Shown piece after piece: positions 16,885-25,093 of a stretch of 64,000 nucleotides of DNA; the stretch's first letter is position 1, and every line of letters starts with the position of its first letter. The stretch is from Candidatus Fermentibacteraceae bacterium (GTDB lineage: Bacteria; Fermentibacterota; Fermentibacteria; Fermentibacterales; JCC-6), in the NCBI GenBank assembly GCA_041750285.1, contig JBGSZS010000011.1, forward strand, positions 32,001 to 96,000. The letters run 5' to 3'. The position numbers and the translations under genes are program-made. Below the pieces are notes generated by a model. That model was not told where the DNA came from. It saw only the letters and a program-made list of their open reading frames with translations, and did no database searches.

Positions 16885-18990
16885 ATGAAAACGGTTGTTG
16901 AAGGTTTGGTTTGCGGAAGAAAACTGACGCTTGAGACCGGCAGGATGGCAAAACAGGCGGGCGGAGCTGTTTATGTTCAGTACGGAGAGTCCGCCGTTCT
17001 GGTCGCGGCCTGCGCCCAGTCGATGAGCTACGATCCCGGGTTCTTTCCCCTCACCATCGAATACAGGGAACGCAGCTACGCGGCAGGCAAGATCCCGGGA
17101 GGCTTTTTCAAGAGGGAGGGAAGACCCAGCGAAAAGGAGATCCTCACCGCCCGTCTCATCGACAGGCCTCTGAGGCCCCTTTTCGGGGATGGATTCAAGG
17201 ACGAGGTTCAGGTCTACTGCCTGGTCCTCAGTTCCGACGATGAGAACGATCCCGCCCTTCTTGCCATGATCGGGTCCAGCGCCGCCCTCCTCATTAGCGA
17301 CATTCCATGGGACGGTCCCGTCTCCTCCGTGAGGGTCGGCCGCATAGATGGCGAGATCATCGTCAACCCCACTGTGCAGCAGCTCGAGGAGAGCGATCTC
17401 GACCTTGTCGTGGCCTGCCGCGGGGAAGAAGTGGTGATGCTCGAGGGCAGTTCCAGGGAGCTTCCGGAAGACGTGGTGGCCACCGCCATACAAATGGGGG
17501 CCGCCGAAGCCGCCAGGATCAACGCTCTCCAGTTGAACCTCATGCAGCTCGCCGGCAAACCGAAACGTGTTTTCGAAACCGTCTCCCTTCCGGAAGGACT
17601 TTACGAAAAGGTCTATCCCGTGGTCGCTCAGGAGATCGGAAAGCACTACGGTCACGGCGGCAAGGAAGAGATGGCCTCGGCGTTCACGAAGGCCCTTGAG
17701 ATACTGGGCGACCCCGAGGGCGGGTTCGCCCGCGAAGCGGAGGAGAACGGCTGGCAGGACCATGTGCGGAAGGCCGCTTACAAGGCCGAGAAGGATTATT
17801 ACCGCAGCCGGCTTCTGGGAGACGGGGTCAGGTATGACGGGCGTCTCAGGAACGACGTCAGGAACATAACCTGCGAGATCAGCGTTCTTCCGAGAACGCA
17901 TGGATCCGCCCTCTTCACAAGGGGCGAGACCCAGGCGCTCGTGGCGGCCACGCTCGGCGGCGCCAGGGATGAACAGAGGGTCGACGACCTTATGGGCGAG
18001 TTCTTCAAGAGCTTCATGCTGCACTACAACTTCCCGTCATTCAGCGTGGGCGAGGTCAAGCCCATCCGCGGTCCCGGCCGTCGGGAGATCGGGCACGGTC
18101 ACCTCGCCGAAACCGCCATACAGGCAGTCATTCCCAAGGACTTCAACTATACGATCCGCGTGGTCAGCGACATCCTCGAGAGCAACGGCTCATCCTCACA
18201 GGCCACCGTATGCGGTGCCTCGCTGTGTCTGATGGACGCAGGGGTACCCCTCACCGGCCACGTTGCGGGTGTCGCGCTGGGTCTTGTGACCGATGGCAGG
18301 AACAGCATCGTCCTCAGTGATATCGCCGGCGCGGAAGACCACCTCGGCGACATGGACCTCAAGATCGCCGGCACCCGCAACGGCATAACGGCGATCCAGA
18401 TGGACCTGAAGGTCGAGGGAGTCACCCAGGAACTCCTCGTGGGCGCCTTCCTTCAGGCCAGGGAGAACAGGCTTCACATCCTCGAGAGGATGGAGGAGTG
18501 CATCGAAAGCCCCAGGGATGACCTCAGCCCACATGCTCCCCGGATCATCACCATGCAGATCGACAGGGACAAGATCGGCAAGCTCATCGGTCCCGGCGGC
18601 AAGAACATAAGGGCCATAACCGAAGAGTCGGGCGCCGAGATCAACATCGCCGACGACGGCACTGTCACTATCCTCACCAACGACGGGAACAAGGCGAAGA
18701 AGGCGGTGAAGATGGTCGAGGCGTGCGTTGGCGTTCCCAAGGAGGGCAAGATCTACGAGGGAACCGTCAGCAGTATCCAGGCTTTCGGGGCGTTCGTGGA
18801 GATAATGCCCGGCATCGACGGGCTCCTGCACATAAGCCAGATATCGGACAAGCGGATAACCGAGGTAAAGGATGTACTGAGGCGCGGCCAGCAGGTCAGG
18901 GTCAAGGTCACCAAGGTCAGGGATGACGGCAAGATAGACCTGACCATGAAAAACCTCGAGGAAACCGTGGAAACGGAAGAAGAGGCCTGA
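16885..18990 (+). CDS. pnp: Polyribonucleotide nucleotidyltransferase (PNPase)
   Basis: AAGKIPGGFFKREGRP, RREIGHG, ESNGSSS, DHLGDMD motifs; KH and S1 domains. Confidence 0.98.
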   Translation: MKTVVEGLVCGRKLTLETGRMAKQAGGAVYVQYGESAVLVAACAQSMSYDPGFFPLTIEYRERSYAAGKIPGGFFKREGRPSEKEILTARLIDRPLRPLFGDGFKDEVQVYCLVLSSDDENDPALLAMIGSSAALLISDIPWDGPVSSVRVGRIDGEIIVNPTVQQLEESDLDLVVACRGEEVVMLEGSSRELPEDVVATAIQMGAAEAARINALQLNLMQLAGKPKRVFETVSLPEGLYEKVYPVVAQEIGKHYGHGGKEEMASAFTKALEILGDPEGGFAREAEENGWQDHVRKAAYKAEKDYYRSRLLGDGVRYDGRLRNDVRNITCEISVLPRTHGSALFTRGETQALVAATLGGARDEQRVDDLMGEFFKSFMLHYNFPSFSVGEVKPIRGPGRREIGHGHLAETAIQAVIPKDFNYTIRVVSDILESNGSSSQATVCGASLCLMDAGVPLTGHVAGVALGLVTDGRNSIVLSDIAGAEDHLGDMDLKIAGTRNGITAIQMDLKVEGVTQELLVGAFLQARENRLHILERMEECIESPRDDLSPHAPRIITMQIDRDKIGKLIGPGGKNIRAITEESGAEINIADDGTVTILTNDGNKAKKAVKMVEACVGVPKEGKIYEGTVSSIQAFGAFVEIMPGIDGLLHISQISDKRITEVKDVLRRGQQVRVKVTKVRDDGKIDLTMKNLEETVETEEEA

Positions 18991-18997
18991 TACCGCA

Positions 18998-19444
18998 ATG
19001 GGAAGCGCCGTCGTTTTCAGGGTTCTTCCGGAGGGTGAGGGGTTGCCTGTTCCCGAACAGGCAACCCCGGGCTCATCGGGAGTCGATCTGTTTGCGGCTG
19101 TCTCCCGCGACCTGATCCTCGATCCGGGCGAGAGGGCCCTTGTATCCGCGGGGATAGCGGTATCGATCCCCACGGGGTTCGAGTGGCAGATCCGCCCCCG
19201 AAGCGGCCTTGCCCTTAGACACGGCGTGACGGTCCTCAACTCTCCGGGAACCGTTGATTGCGATTACAGGGGACCTGTCGGCGTCATCCTGGTGAACCTC
19301 GGAGATGCGCCGTTCGTGGTCCATCGCGGCGACAGGATCGCCCAGGCCGTATTGACGCGTGTGGAACCCCAGGTCCTGTCCCGCGCGTCTTCCCTTACCG
19401 AAACCGAGAGGGGGGACGGCGGCTTTGGTCACACTGGTGTGTAG
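18998..19444 (+). CDS. dut: dUTP diphosphatase
   Basis: QIRPRSGLA, NSPGTVD.DYRG, GDRIAQ and RG.GGFGHTG motifs. Confidence 0.97.
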   Translation: MGSAVVFRVLPEGEGLPVPEQATPGSSGVDLFAAVSRDLILDPGERALVSAGIAVSIPTGFEWQIRPRSGLALRHGVTVLNSPGTVDCDYRGPVGVILVNLGDAPFVVHRGDRIAQAVLTRVEPQVLSRASSLTETERGDGGFGHTGV

Positions 19445-19913
19445 GTATTCTGTCTTAATCATTCTTTCCGCATTCATCGGCTGTGCCTACAGCTTCCGCG
19501 GCAGCCTTCCGCCCGGCCTTGAAACCGTTGAAGTGTCCCAGTTCAGAAGCTCGGTGACCGAATACGGCCTCGAGACCGAACTGACTTCAATCGTGACCGA
19601 AACGATGGTGACCGATGGCCGCCTTGCCGTGGTGACGGCCAACCCCGACACCCGGGTTTCCGGACGCGTGACGGCTTTCACGAGGACCGCGGAGGAGTAC
19701 ACGGGTGGTGAACAGGTTCAAAGGTACCGCCTCGATCTCAGGGTTGAGATAACCATGGAGGATCTGAGGAACGAGGATTTCCTGATCCGGAACGAGACGG
19801 TCGCAGAGTGGATCCTTTACGACCCCGCTTCCGAAACCCTTTCGCAGGCCCGGGAGAGGCTCGTAAGGGAAGTTGCGGGGGAGATCGTCCAGAAATGCCT
19901 CTCCGGTTGGTAA
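19425..19913 (+). CDS. lptE: LptE-family LPS assembly lipoprotein
   Basis: Lipobox FIGC followed by AYSFRGSLP, typical LptE-family layout; start uncertain (TTG 19425 or GTG 19437). Confidence 0.7.
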   Translation: MVTLVCRYSVLIILSAFIGCAYSFRGSLPPGLETVEVSQFRSSVTEYGLETELTSIVTETMVTDGRLAVVTANPDTRVSGRVTAFTRTAEEYTGGEQVQRYRLDLRVEITMEDLRNEDFLIRNETVAEWILYDPASETLSQARERLVREVAGEIVQKCLSGW

Positions 19914-19923
19914 GGGGGATTCC

Positions 19924-20271
19924 ATGACTCGTACCGGCGCTGTCAAACTTGGCTGTCTGATATGGGTGGCGTTGATACTTCTCGTGATACTCTGGGGCTG
20001 GAAACTGCTTGATTTCTACGTTCTGGGTCCTGCGGCGGTCAAAAAGGTCATGAACGAAACCTGGAGCGAGGTCAACTCGTTCGCACAGACTCCCGTAAAA
20101 CAGGCCGAGTACATGACGAGATGGAACCAGTGGAAACGCGAGCAGTCCATTCCATTCGTCTACTCCGGTTTCATGGGGGATTCATTCGTGGTGGAATGGA
20201 GCGACACGCTTCCCGTGCCGGTCTTCCCCGACATAACGCACAAGTTCCGCCTGGCAAGAATCGTCTACTGA
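19924..20271 (+). CDS. Hypothetical membrane-anchored protein
   Basis: AAGGGGG RBS, single N-terminal TM helix (KLGCLIWVALILL). Confidence 0.7.
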   Translation: MTRTGAVKLGCLIWVALILLVILWGWKLLDFYVLGPAAVKKVMNETWSEVNSFAQTPVKQAEYMTRWNQWKREQSIPFVYSGFMGDSFVVEWSDTLPVPVFPDITHKFRLARIVY

Positions 20272-20272
20272 C

Positions 20273-20449
20273 ATGTCTATATCGGGCGACTGGCGCGACA
20301 GGCATTCGCAACGCAGTTCGGGGGGGAGGGTTCTCTTCTACATCATACTTCTGGCGGTCACGGTCATCCTGATCCTCAAGGCCGGCGACTTCTCAAGGGG
20401 TTTCACCGAGATCTTCCTTCAGGGGAACACGGCGGGAGAACCCAATTGA
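20273..20449 (+). CDS. Small single-TM protein (58 aa), absent from the ORF track
   Basis: MSISGDWRDRHSQRSSGGRVLFYIILLAVTVILILKAGDF...; fills the gap exactly and its stop overlaps the next TTG start. Confidence 0.65.
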   Translation: MSISGDWRDRHSQRSSGGRVLFYIILLAVTVILILKAGDFSRGFTEIFLQGNTAGEPN

Positions 20450-21288
20450 TCTTCGATGCCCACTGTGACACCATGGTCAGGGCCGAATCACCCGAAGCCT
20501 TCCTTTCGGGAGGCGGCAAATGCCATGTCGATCTTCCGGGCCTCCGCGAGTCAGGGGTAGCACACCTCGTAACGGCCCTGTGCATCGAACCCTACCCCGA
20601 GAGGCTCGCAGACGTCTGGGAGCACGGAACCCGCAATTTCAGGGAGTGTTCCCGTCTTTCCGGCGATGTGAGGCTTCACTTCGCCCTCGAGGGGTGCATG
20701 CCGCTTTATCTGGGCATGGAGTTGCCCGCACAACCGCTGGTCGCAAGCCTGACCTGGAACGGAGACAACCCGTACGGTTCAGGAATAGGCGGCAAGGGGG
20801 GCCTGACTTCGGCGGGGGAATCACTGGCACGGAGGCTCGATGCCCAGGGTACCCGCCTGGACGCATCCCACCTGAATGACAGGTCAAGGCAAGACCTGCT
20901 GTCAATGGGTATTCAAGTTTGCGCCACCCACTGCAACTCCAGGAAGCTGTGCGATTTCCCCCGCAACCTTCCCGATCCCGACCTGAAGGAGATAGCGGCA
21001 AACGGCGGAGTGATCGGTGTTACACTCGTGCCCGACTTCCTGCTTCCCGAAGGTGGTGACCCGTCGGTTTCCGATGTGGCCAGGCACATCGAGTACATCG
21101 CCGGGATCGCAGGCATCGATTCGGTGGGTCTGGGGTCGGATTTCGACGGCATCAAACTGCTTCCACGGGGTATCCGCAACGTGCTCGACATTCATCTGAT
21201 CTTCGATGAGCTGTCGAAGGCGGGATGGAACGACACTGACATCGCCAAGGTAAGTTCGGGCAACTGGATGAGGTTCTTTTCCCTGTAA
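20446..21288 (+). CDS. Membrane dipeptidase (peptidase M19)
   Basis: DAHCDT, ALEG, LTWN, DASH, THCN, RNL.D and GSDFDG motifs. Confidence 0.92.
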   Translation: MIFDAHCDTMVRAESPEAFLSGGGKCHVDLPGLRESGVAHLVTALCIEPYPERLADVWEHGTRNFRECSRLSGDVRLHFALEGCMPLYLGMELPAQPLVASLTWNGDNPYGSGIGGKGGLTSAGESLARRLDAQGTRLDASHLNDRSRQDLLSMGIQVCATHCNSRKLCDFPRNLPDPDLKEIAANGGVIGVTLVPDFLLPEGGDPSVSDVARHIEYIAGIAGIDSVGLGSDFDGIKLLPRGIRNVLDIHLIFDELSKAGWNDTDIAKVSSGNWMRFFSL

Positions 21289-21307
21289 CCTTTAACGGAG
21301 GTTATTC

Positions 21308-22084
21308 TTGAAGTACGCACTGCTTTTCCTTGCATCCGCGGTCCTGCTGGCCCAGACACCACTGGAATTCGGGATAATCGACGACCTCATCAGGGGTGAG
21401 CCCTACATCAGTCCCCTGAGCATAGAGATCCTCCAGGGCACACCTGCGCCCGGGAACGCAACGCTGAGAATGGCGCTCAGAACCGGAGTCGTCTTCTCGG
21501 ACGAGGGATCCTTCATTTTCGTGGATTCCCTCGCAGACCGGGTCAACCTCATGGGCAGGGCCGATTACAGGGGGCTTGTCGACAATGCCGCCATCACCCG
21601 GCTCTTCAGTGCGGTGAGAAGCAACATGCGCGTTCACGGCACTTCCGGGATCACGCATTTCGCCATCGATCTTGTGACCCCCGACGACATGGGCTGGGTG
21701 TCGCTGGAAACCGACGTCTCCAGGGTTGACAGTCTTCTTGGGGGCTTGATCTCACCCTATGAGTTCTGGAACTCTGTCAGGATCGTCCAGATTCAGGTCG
21801 GGATGGCCTGTTTTTCCCTGAACGTGGGCATCTTCGACGCCACTCAGGTACCGGATGCCGTTTTGCCGCAGGTGGTGGAAACCCGCGTGTCCACCGGTTC
21901 ACACGCATGGAAGTCCCTGGTTCTTCCGGGCTGGGGGCAGTTCTCCTCGGGCACGGGGATTCCCCTGATCAACATTCTGGCCGAGGCGGGAGGCATTGCC
22001 CTCATCCTCAGTGATGATTATTTGAACGTGGGTGTGGGGGTGCTTGCGCTCAACCACATCATCAGCTTCACGGACCTTCTCTGA
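21308..22084 (+). CDS. Hypothetical exported/membrane protein with C-terminal SLVLPGWGQ segment
   Basis: GGAGG RBS, signal peptide, KSLVLPGWGQF followed by hydrophobic helices. Confidence 0.7.
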   Translation: MKYALLFLASAVLLAQTPLEFGIIDDLIRGEPYISPLSIEILQGTPAPGNATLRMALRTGVVFSDEGSFIFVDSLADRVNLMGRADYRGLVDNAAITRLFSAVRSNMRVHGTSGITHFAIDLVTPDDMGWVSLETDVSRVDSLLGGLISPYEFWNSVRIVQIQVGMACFSLNVGIFDATQVPDAVLPQVVETRVSTGSHAWKSLVLPGWGQFSSGTGIPLINILAEAGGIALILSDDYLNVGVGVLALNHIISFTDLL

Positions 22085-22105
22085 CGGTACGGGGGGAAAC
22101 GAAGA

Positions 22106-22402
22106 ATGCGGGATTTTTCGTATTTCGCAACTCTGCTGGGGCTGGTCTTCTGGGGCCTTGCCTTCTGGAACGGCCCTGAGAGCGGCTTCTGGAAACTCGG
22201 CAAGCCCGGTCTGTTCATGCTCGCCGTTGCGGTTCTCTTCTTCCTTGTTGATTACCTCATCCCATCCAGAAGGCCTAGAAGAAGGCACAAGGTGCGCAGC
22301 GAGACCGCCCGGAAATGCAGCGTCTGCGGAAAGCCGGCACTGAGCGGAAGCCAGTTCTGCAGCTACCACGCGAAGTACGGTTCAGACGGCGAAGCAAGGT
22401 AG
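22106..22402 (+). CDS. Small membrane protein with C-terminal zinc-ribbon-like motif
   Basis: Two TM helices, basic linker, CSVC...FCSYH. Confidence 0.7.
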   Translation: MRDFSYFATLLGLVFWGLAFWNGPESGFWKLGKPGLFMLAVAVLFFLVDYLIPSRRPRRRHKVRSETARKCSVCGKPALSGSQFCSYHAKYGSDGEAR

Positions 22403-22442
22403 AACGATCCGGCGCAATTCACTGCTTCTGCTGGTCCTGATC

Positions 22443-23390
22443 GTGGTTCTCGCGGCGGGGGTCGCCACAAGGCTTTCAAACCCCCCCGCCGAGGAGACCC
22501 GCAGGACATTTCCCGCACTCGGGACCTTCGCCACCATCATCATCGAAACCTCGGGGGATCTCGATCCGGAAGCCATGATAACCGGGGCCGACTCCCTCCT
22601 GCGCAGTATCGAGGCTGAAACCGGGAGGTTTCCCGGGCAGGCCGTTCATGAGATCAACCTTGCCGGGGGTGCCGCGCTTTCATCGCTTGGTCCGCACATG
22701 CTCCGGGTCCTCGCGCTCAGCGATTCCGTATTCCATGCAACCGGCGGGCTCTTTGACCCGACATCCGGAGCTCTCGTAGAGGCATGGGGTTTTCCTGACG
22801 ATCCCCACCTGCCCACGGAGGCGGAACTGGAGTCGGCGCTGGGTGCTACGGGCTGGCAGCTCCTGGAATTCCGGAACGACTCGATCCTGTTGACCGAGGG
22901 CATGAAACTCGATTTCGGCGCTGTGGCGAAGGGCTACGCCGTTGACCGGGTCTACGAGTACCTGCTTTCATGCGGGGCCCGTTCCTGTCTGGTCGAGGTT
23001 GGAGGTGAGGTCAGGTGCGGCGGCGGGAGATTGTGGCGGGTCGCGGTGCGCCATCCCCGGAACACCGGTTACTACACCATATACGAGATGAGGTCGGGTG
23101 CGCTTGCGACAAGCGGCGACTACGAATGCTACCTTATTCATGAGGGCGTCAGGTACAGCCACCTGATCGATCCGTTCACCGGTTTCTCCGGAACGGGAGC
23201 CCAGTCCGCCACGGTGTTCGCCGAAACCTGCGGAAGGGCCGACGCATACGCAACCGCCGCCGCGGTTGGGGGGCGTGAGGCGGTCGGGGGCTTTGACATG
23301 GACGGTGTTCTTGGCATACTGCTGCTTACGGAAGACGGGAACGGGGAGGTGTCATCCTGGAGCACGGGCGTTCTCCCGAATTCACGCTGA
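22443..23390 (+). CDS. apbE: FAD:protein FMN transferase ApbE
   Basis: ALGT, GLFDPT...W, LDFGAVAKGYAVD, VEVGGE, ATSGDY, YSHLIDP and ADAYAT motifs; true start probably a few codons upstream. Confidence 0.93.
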   Translation: MVLAAGVATRLSNPPAEETRRTFPALGTFATIIIETSGDLDPEAMITGADSLLRSIEAETGRFPGQAVHEINLAGGAALSSLGPHMLRVLALSDSVFHATGGLFDPTSGALVEAWGFPDDPHLPTEAELESALGATGWQLLEFRNDSILLTEGMKLDFGAVAKGYAVDRVYEYLLSCGARSCLVEVGGEVRCGGGRLWRVAVRHPRNTGYYTIYEMRSGALATSGDYECYLIHEGVRYSHLIDPFTGFSGTGAQSATVFAETCGRADAYATAAAVGGREAVGGFDMDGVLGILLLTEDGNGEVSSWSTGVLPNSR

Positions 23391-24199
23391 AGGAAGATGC
23401 GGGTCTCCGCTGTCTGATCTGCCCCCACAGGTGCCTCTGGACTGAGTCCCGCCCGTCCGGCCTTTGCCGGGTCAGGGGGGCGGAGCTTTCCGGCTACGGG
23501 CAATGCATCGGCATGGCAGTCGATCCGATTGAAAAGAAACCCCTGGCCATGTTCAGACCTGGATCCAGGCTTCTTTCCACCGGTCCGCCGGGCTGCAACC
23601 TTTCGTGCAGCCACTGCCAGAACTGGCAGAGTTCGCAGGGCTCACCGCCCACCGTGTACCGCTCTCCAATGGAGCTTGCGGAACTCGCGCTCACATGCAG
23701 TGACGGCATCGCCTTCACTTATACCGAACCGGTGGTGTGGTACGAGTACGTGATGGACACGGCTCCTCTGGTCAGGTCCGGGGGGGGGATGGCTGTGATG
23801 GTCAGCAACGGTTTCGTGAACCCCGAACCCCTGAGAAGGCTGCTCTCGGTCACCGATGCATGGAACGTTGATCTGAAGGCATGGAACGACGAATTCTACC
23901 GCCGGAACTGCAAGGGCAGCCTCCATCCCGTGCTGGAAACACTCGCAACGATCGCAGGGTCGGGCGTTCACCTTGAAGTGACCTACCTTGTCATCCCGGG
24001 AGAGAACGACTCCGAGACGGACTGGGACCGGGCGGCCCGGTGGCTGGCCGCCAACTGCGGCGGGAACACCCCGGTTCACGTATCACGCTATTTTCCGAGG
24101 TACAGGCAGACCAGACCCGCCACTGCTGTCGAATGCGTTCTGAGGGCAGCCCGTGTGTTCGGCACTCATTTGAAGCACGTTTTCCCGGGGAATGTTTGA
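23357..24199 (+). CDS. amrS: AmmeMemoRadiSam system radical SAM enzyme (short form)
   Basis: N-terminal CLICPHRC...GLCRVR, DPIEKKPL, GCNLSCSHCQNW, AFTYTEP, HVSRYFP and GNV end; start inferred at CTG 23357. Confidence 0.88.
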   Translation: MEHGRSPEFTLKEDAGLRCLICPHRCLWTESRPSGLCRVRGAELSGYGQCIGMAVDPIEKKPLAMFRPGSRLLSTGPPGCNLSCSHCQNWQSSQGSPPTVYRSPMELAELALTCSDGIAFTYTEPVVWYEYVMDTAPLVRSGGGMAVMVSNGFVNPEPLRRLLSVTDAWNVDLKAWNDEFYRRNCKGSLHPVLETLATIAGSGVHLEVTYLVIPGENDSETDWDRAARWLAANCGGNTPVHVSRYFPRYRQTRPATAVECVLRAARVFGTHLKHVFPGNV

Positions 24200-24200
24200 G

Positions 24201-24560
24201 ATGAAGCTCCTGCGTCCCGGTGACATCCTGCCGGTGGTGCTTGCGCTGGGTGCTGCGCTGCTGACCGGCGGACAGAGCGGGAAAACGGACCGCACCCATG
24301 TGCGTCTGGTCACCCCCGATCGAACGGCGGCCATTTCGCTTTATGCGGATACTCTCATATCGATACCCGTCAGGGACGGGATCACAGTGGTGGAGATCGG
24401 GGCCGGAAGTGCAAGGATCAGGTCGTCACCCTGTCCCAGCGGGACATGCGTGGGAACGGGATGGATATCGAGGCCGGGTCAGGCTGCCGTGTGCATGCCG
24501 GAAGGAGTATCCATCGAGATAAGGGGCGAAGGGGTGGAGCCGGACGCCGTCAGTTACTGA
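24201..24560 (+). CDS. NusG domain II (Lin0431/DUF1312-like) membrane-anchored protein
   Basis: RPGD plus TM helix, SSPCP...CV.TGWIS.PGQ..VCMP..V.I motif. Confidence 0.85.
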   Translation: MKLLRPGDILPVVLALGAALLTGGQSGKTDRTHVRLVTPDRTAAISLYADTLISIPVRDGITVVEIGAGSARIRSSPCPSGTCVGTGWISRPGQAAVCMPEGVSIEIRGEGVEPDAVSY

Positions 24561-24582
24561 GAGGCGCCCGGCCCGAAGTCAG

Positions 24583-24873
24583 CTAATGGCAGCCGTGCCC
24601 GGGGCAGCCCTGACAGTCCGTTTCCACGGTCTCCACGATGGGAGCCGACGTTTCCGCGGCTCTTGAGAGGGAATCGCACGAGCAGTCCTCGCATTCGGAT
24701 TCACAGGTGCGCTCATCCGTGGAGCTTTCACACCCGGCTTCACACGTGCTTTCCGCAGAGGTGCACTCATTGTCTTCCCCAGTGCACGGACTGTCGTCGA
24801 GGCCGACCGCGAAAGCGGCACCTGCCAGCAGTGCAAGCAGGATCATCGTTACCCTGAAGGTCCTTTTTTTCAT
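24583..24873 (-). CDS. Secreted acidic cysteine-rich protein (96 aa)
   Basis: GGAGAAG RBS, Sec signal ending AAFA, 11 Cys, ends CQGCPGHGCH. Confidence 0.75.
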   Translation of the reverse strand: MKKRTFRVTMILLALLAGAAFAVGLDDSPCTGEDNECTSAESTCEAGCESSTDERTCESECEDCSCDSLSRAAETSAPIVETVETDCQGCPGHGCH

Positions 24874-24900
24874 CACTTCTCCATGAACTGACACCAAATG

Positions 24901-25026
24901 TCAGCAGCAGGGGTGTTCGTCGTTCTTATCACCGTGGCATTCCCTGACCTGGTCATCGGAACATTCAGCGGGTTTGCCCTTCAGCCTGTCCGGGTTCTGG
25001 CAGCAGCACTTGTCCTGATCACACAC
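24901..25026 (-). CDS. Small Cys-rich metallothionein-like peptide (41 aa), absent from the ORF track
   Basis: AAAGGAG RBS 6 nt before GTG; MCDQDKCCCQNPDRLKGKPAECSDDQVRECHGDKNDEHPCC. Confidence 0.75.
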   Translation of the reverse strand: MCDQDKCCCQNPDRLKGKPAECSDDQVRECHGDKNDEHPCC

Positions 25027-25093
25027 GAACGGCTCCTTTCGGATAAAAGCTTAAGTAACTACGCATATACTTTACCAAGGGAAGCCGATCCCG

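Noticed and set aside
24583..25026. The TGA of the 41-aa Cys peptide is in frame with the downstream Cys-rich ORF, suggesting selenocysteine or readthrough fusion
   Set aside because: The downstream ORF has its own RBS and signal peptide, and no convincing SECIS-like hairpin follows the TGA
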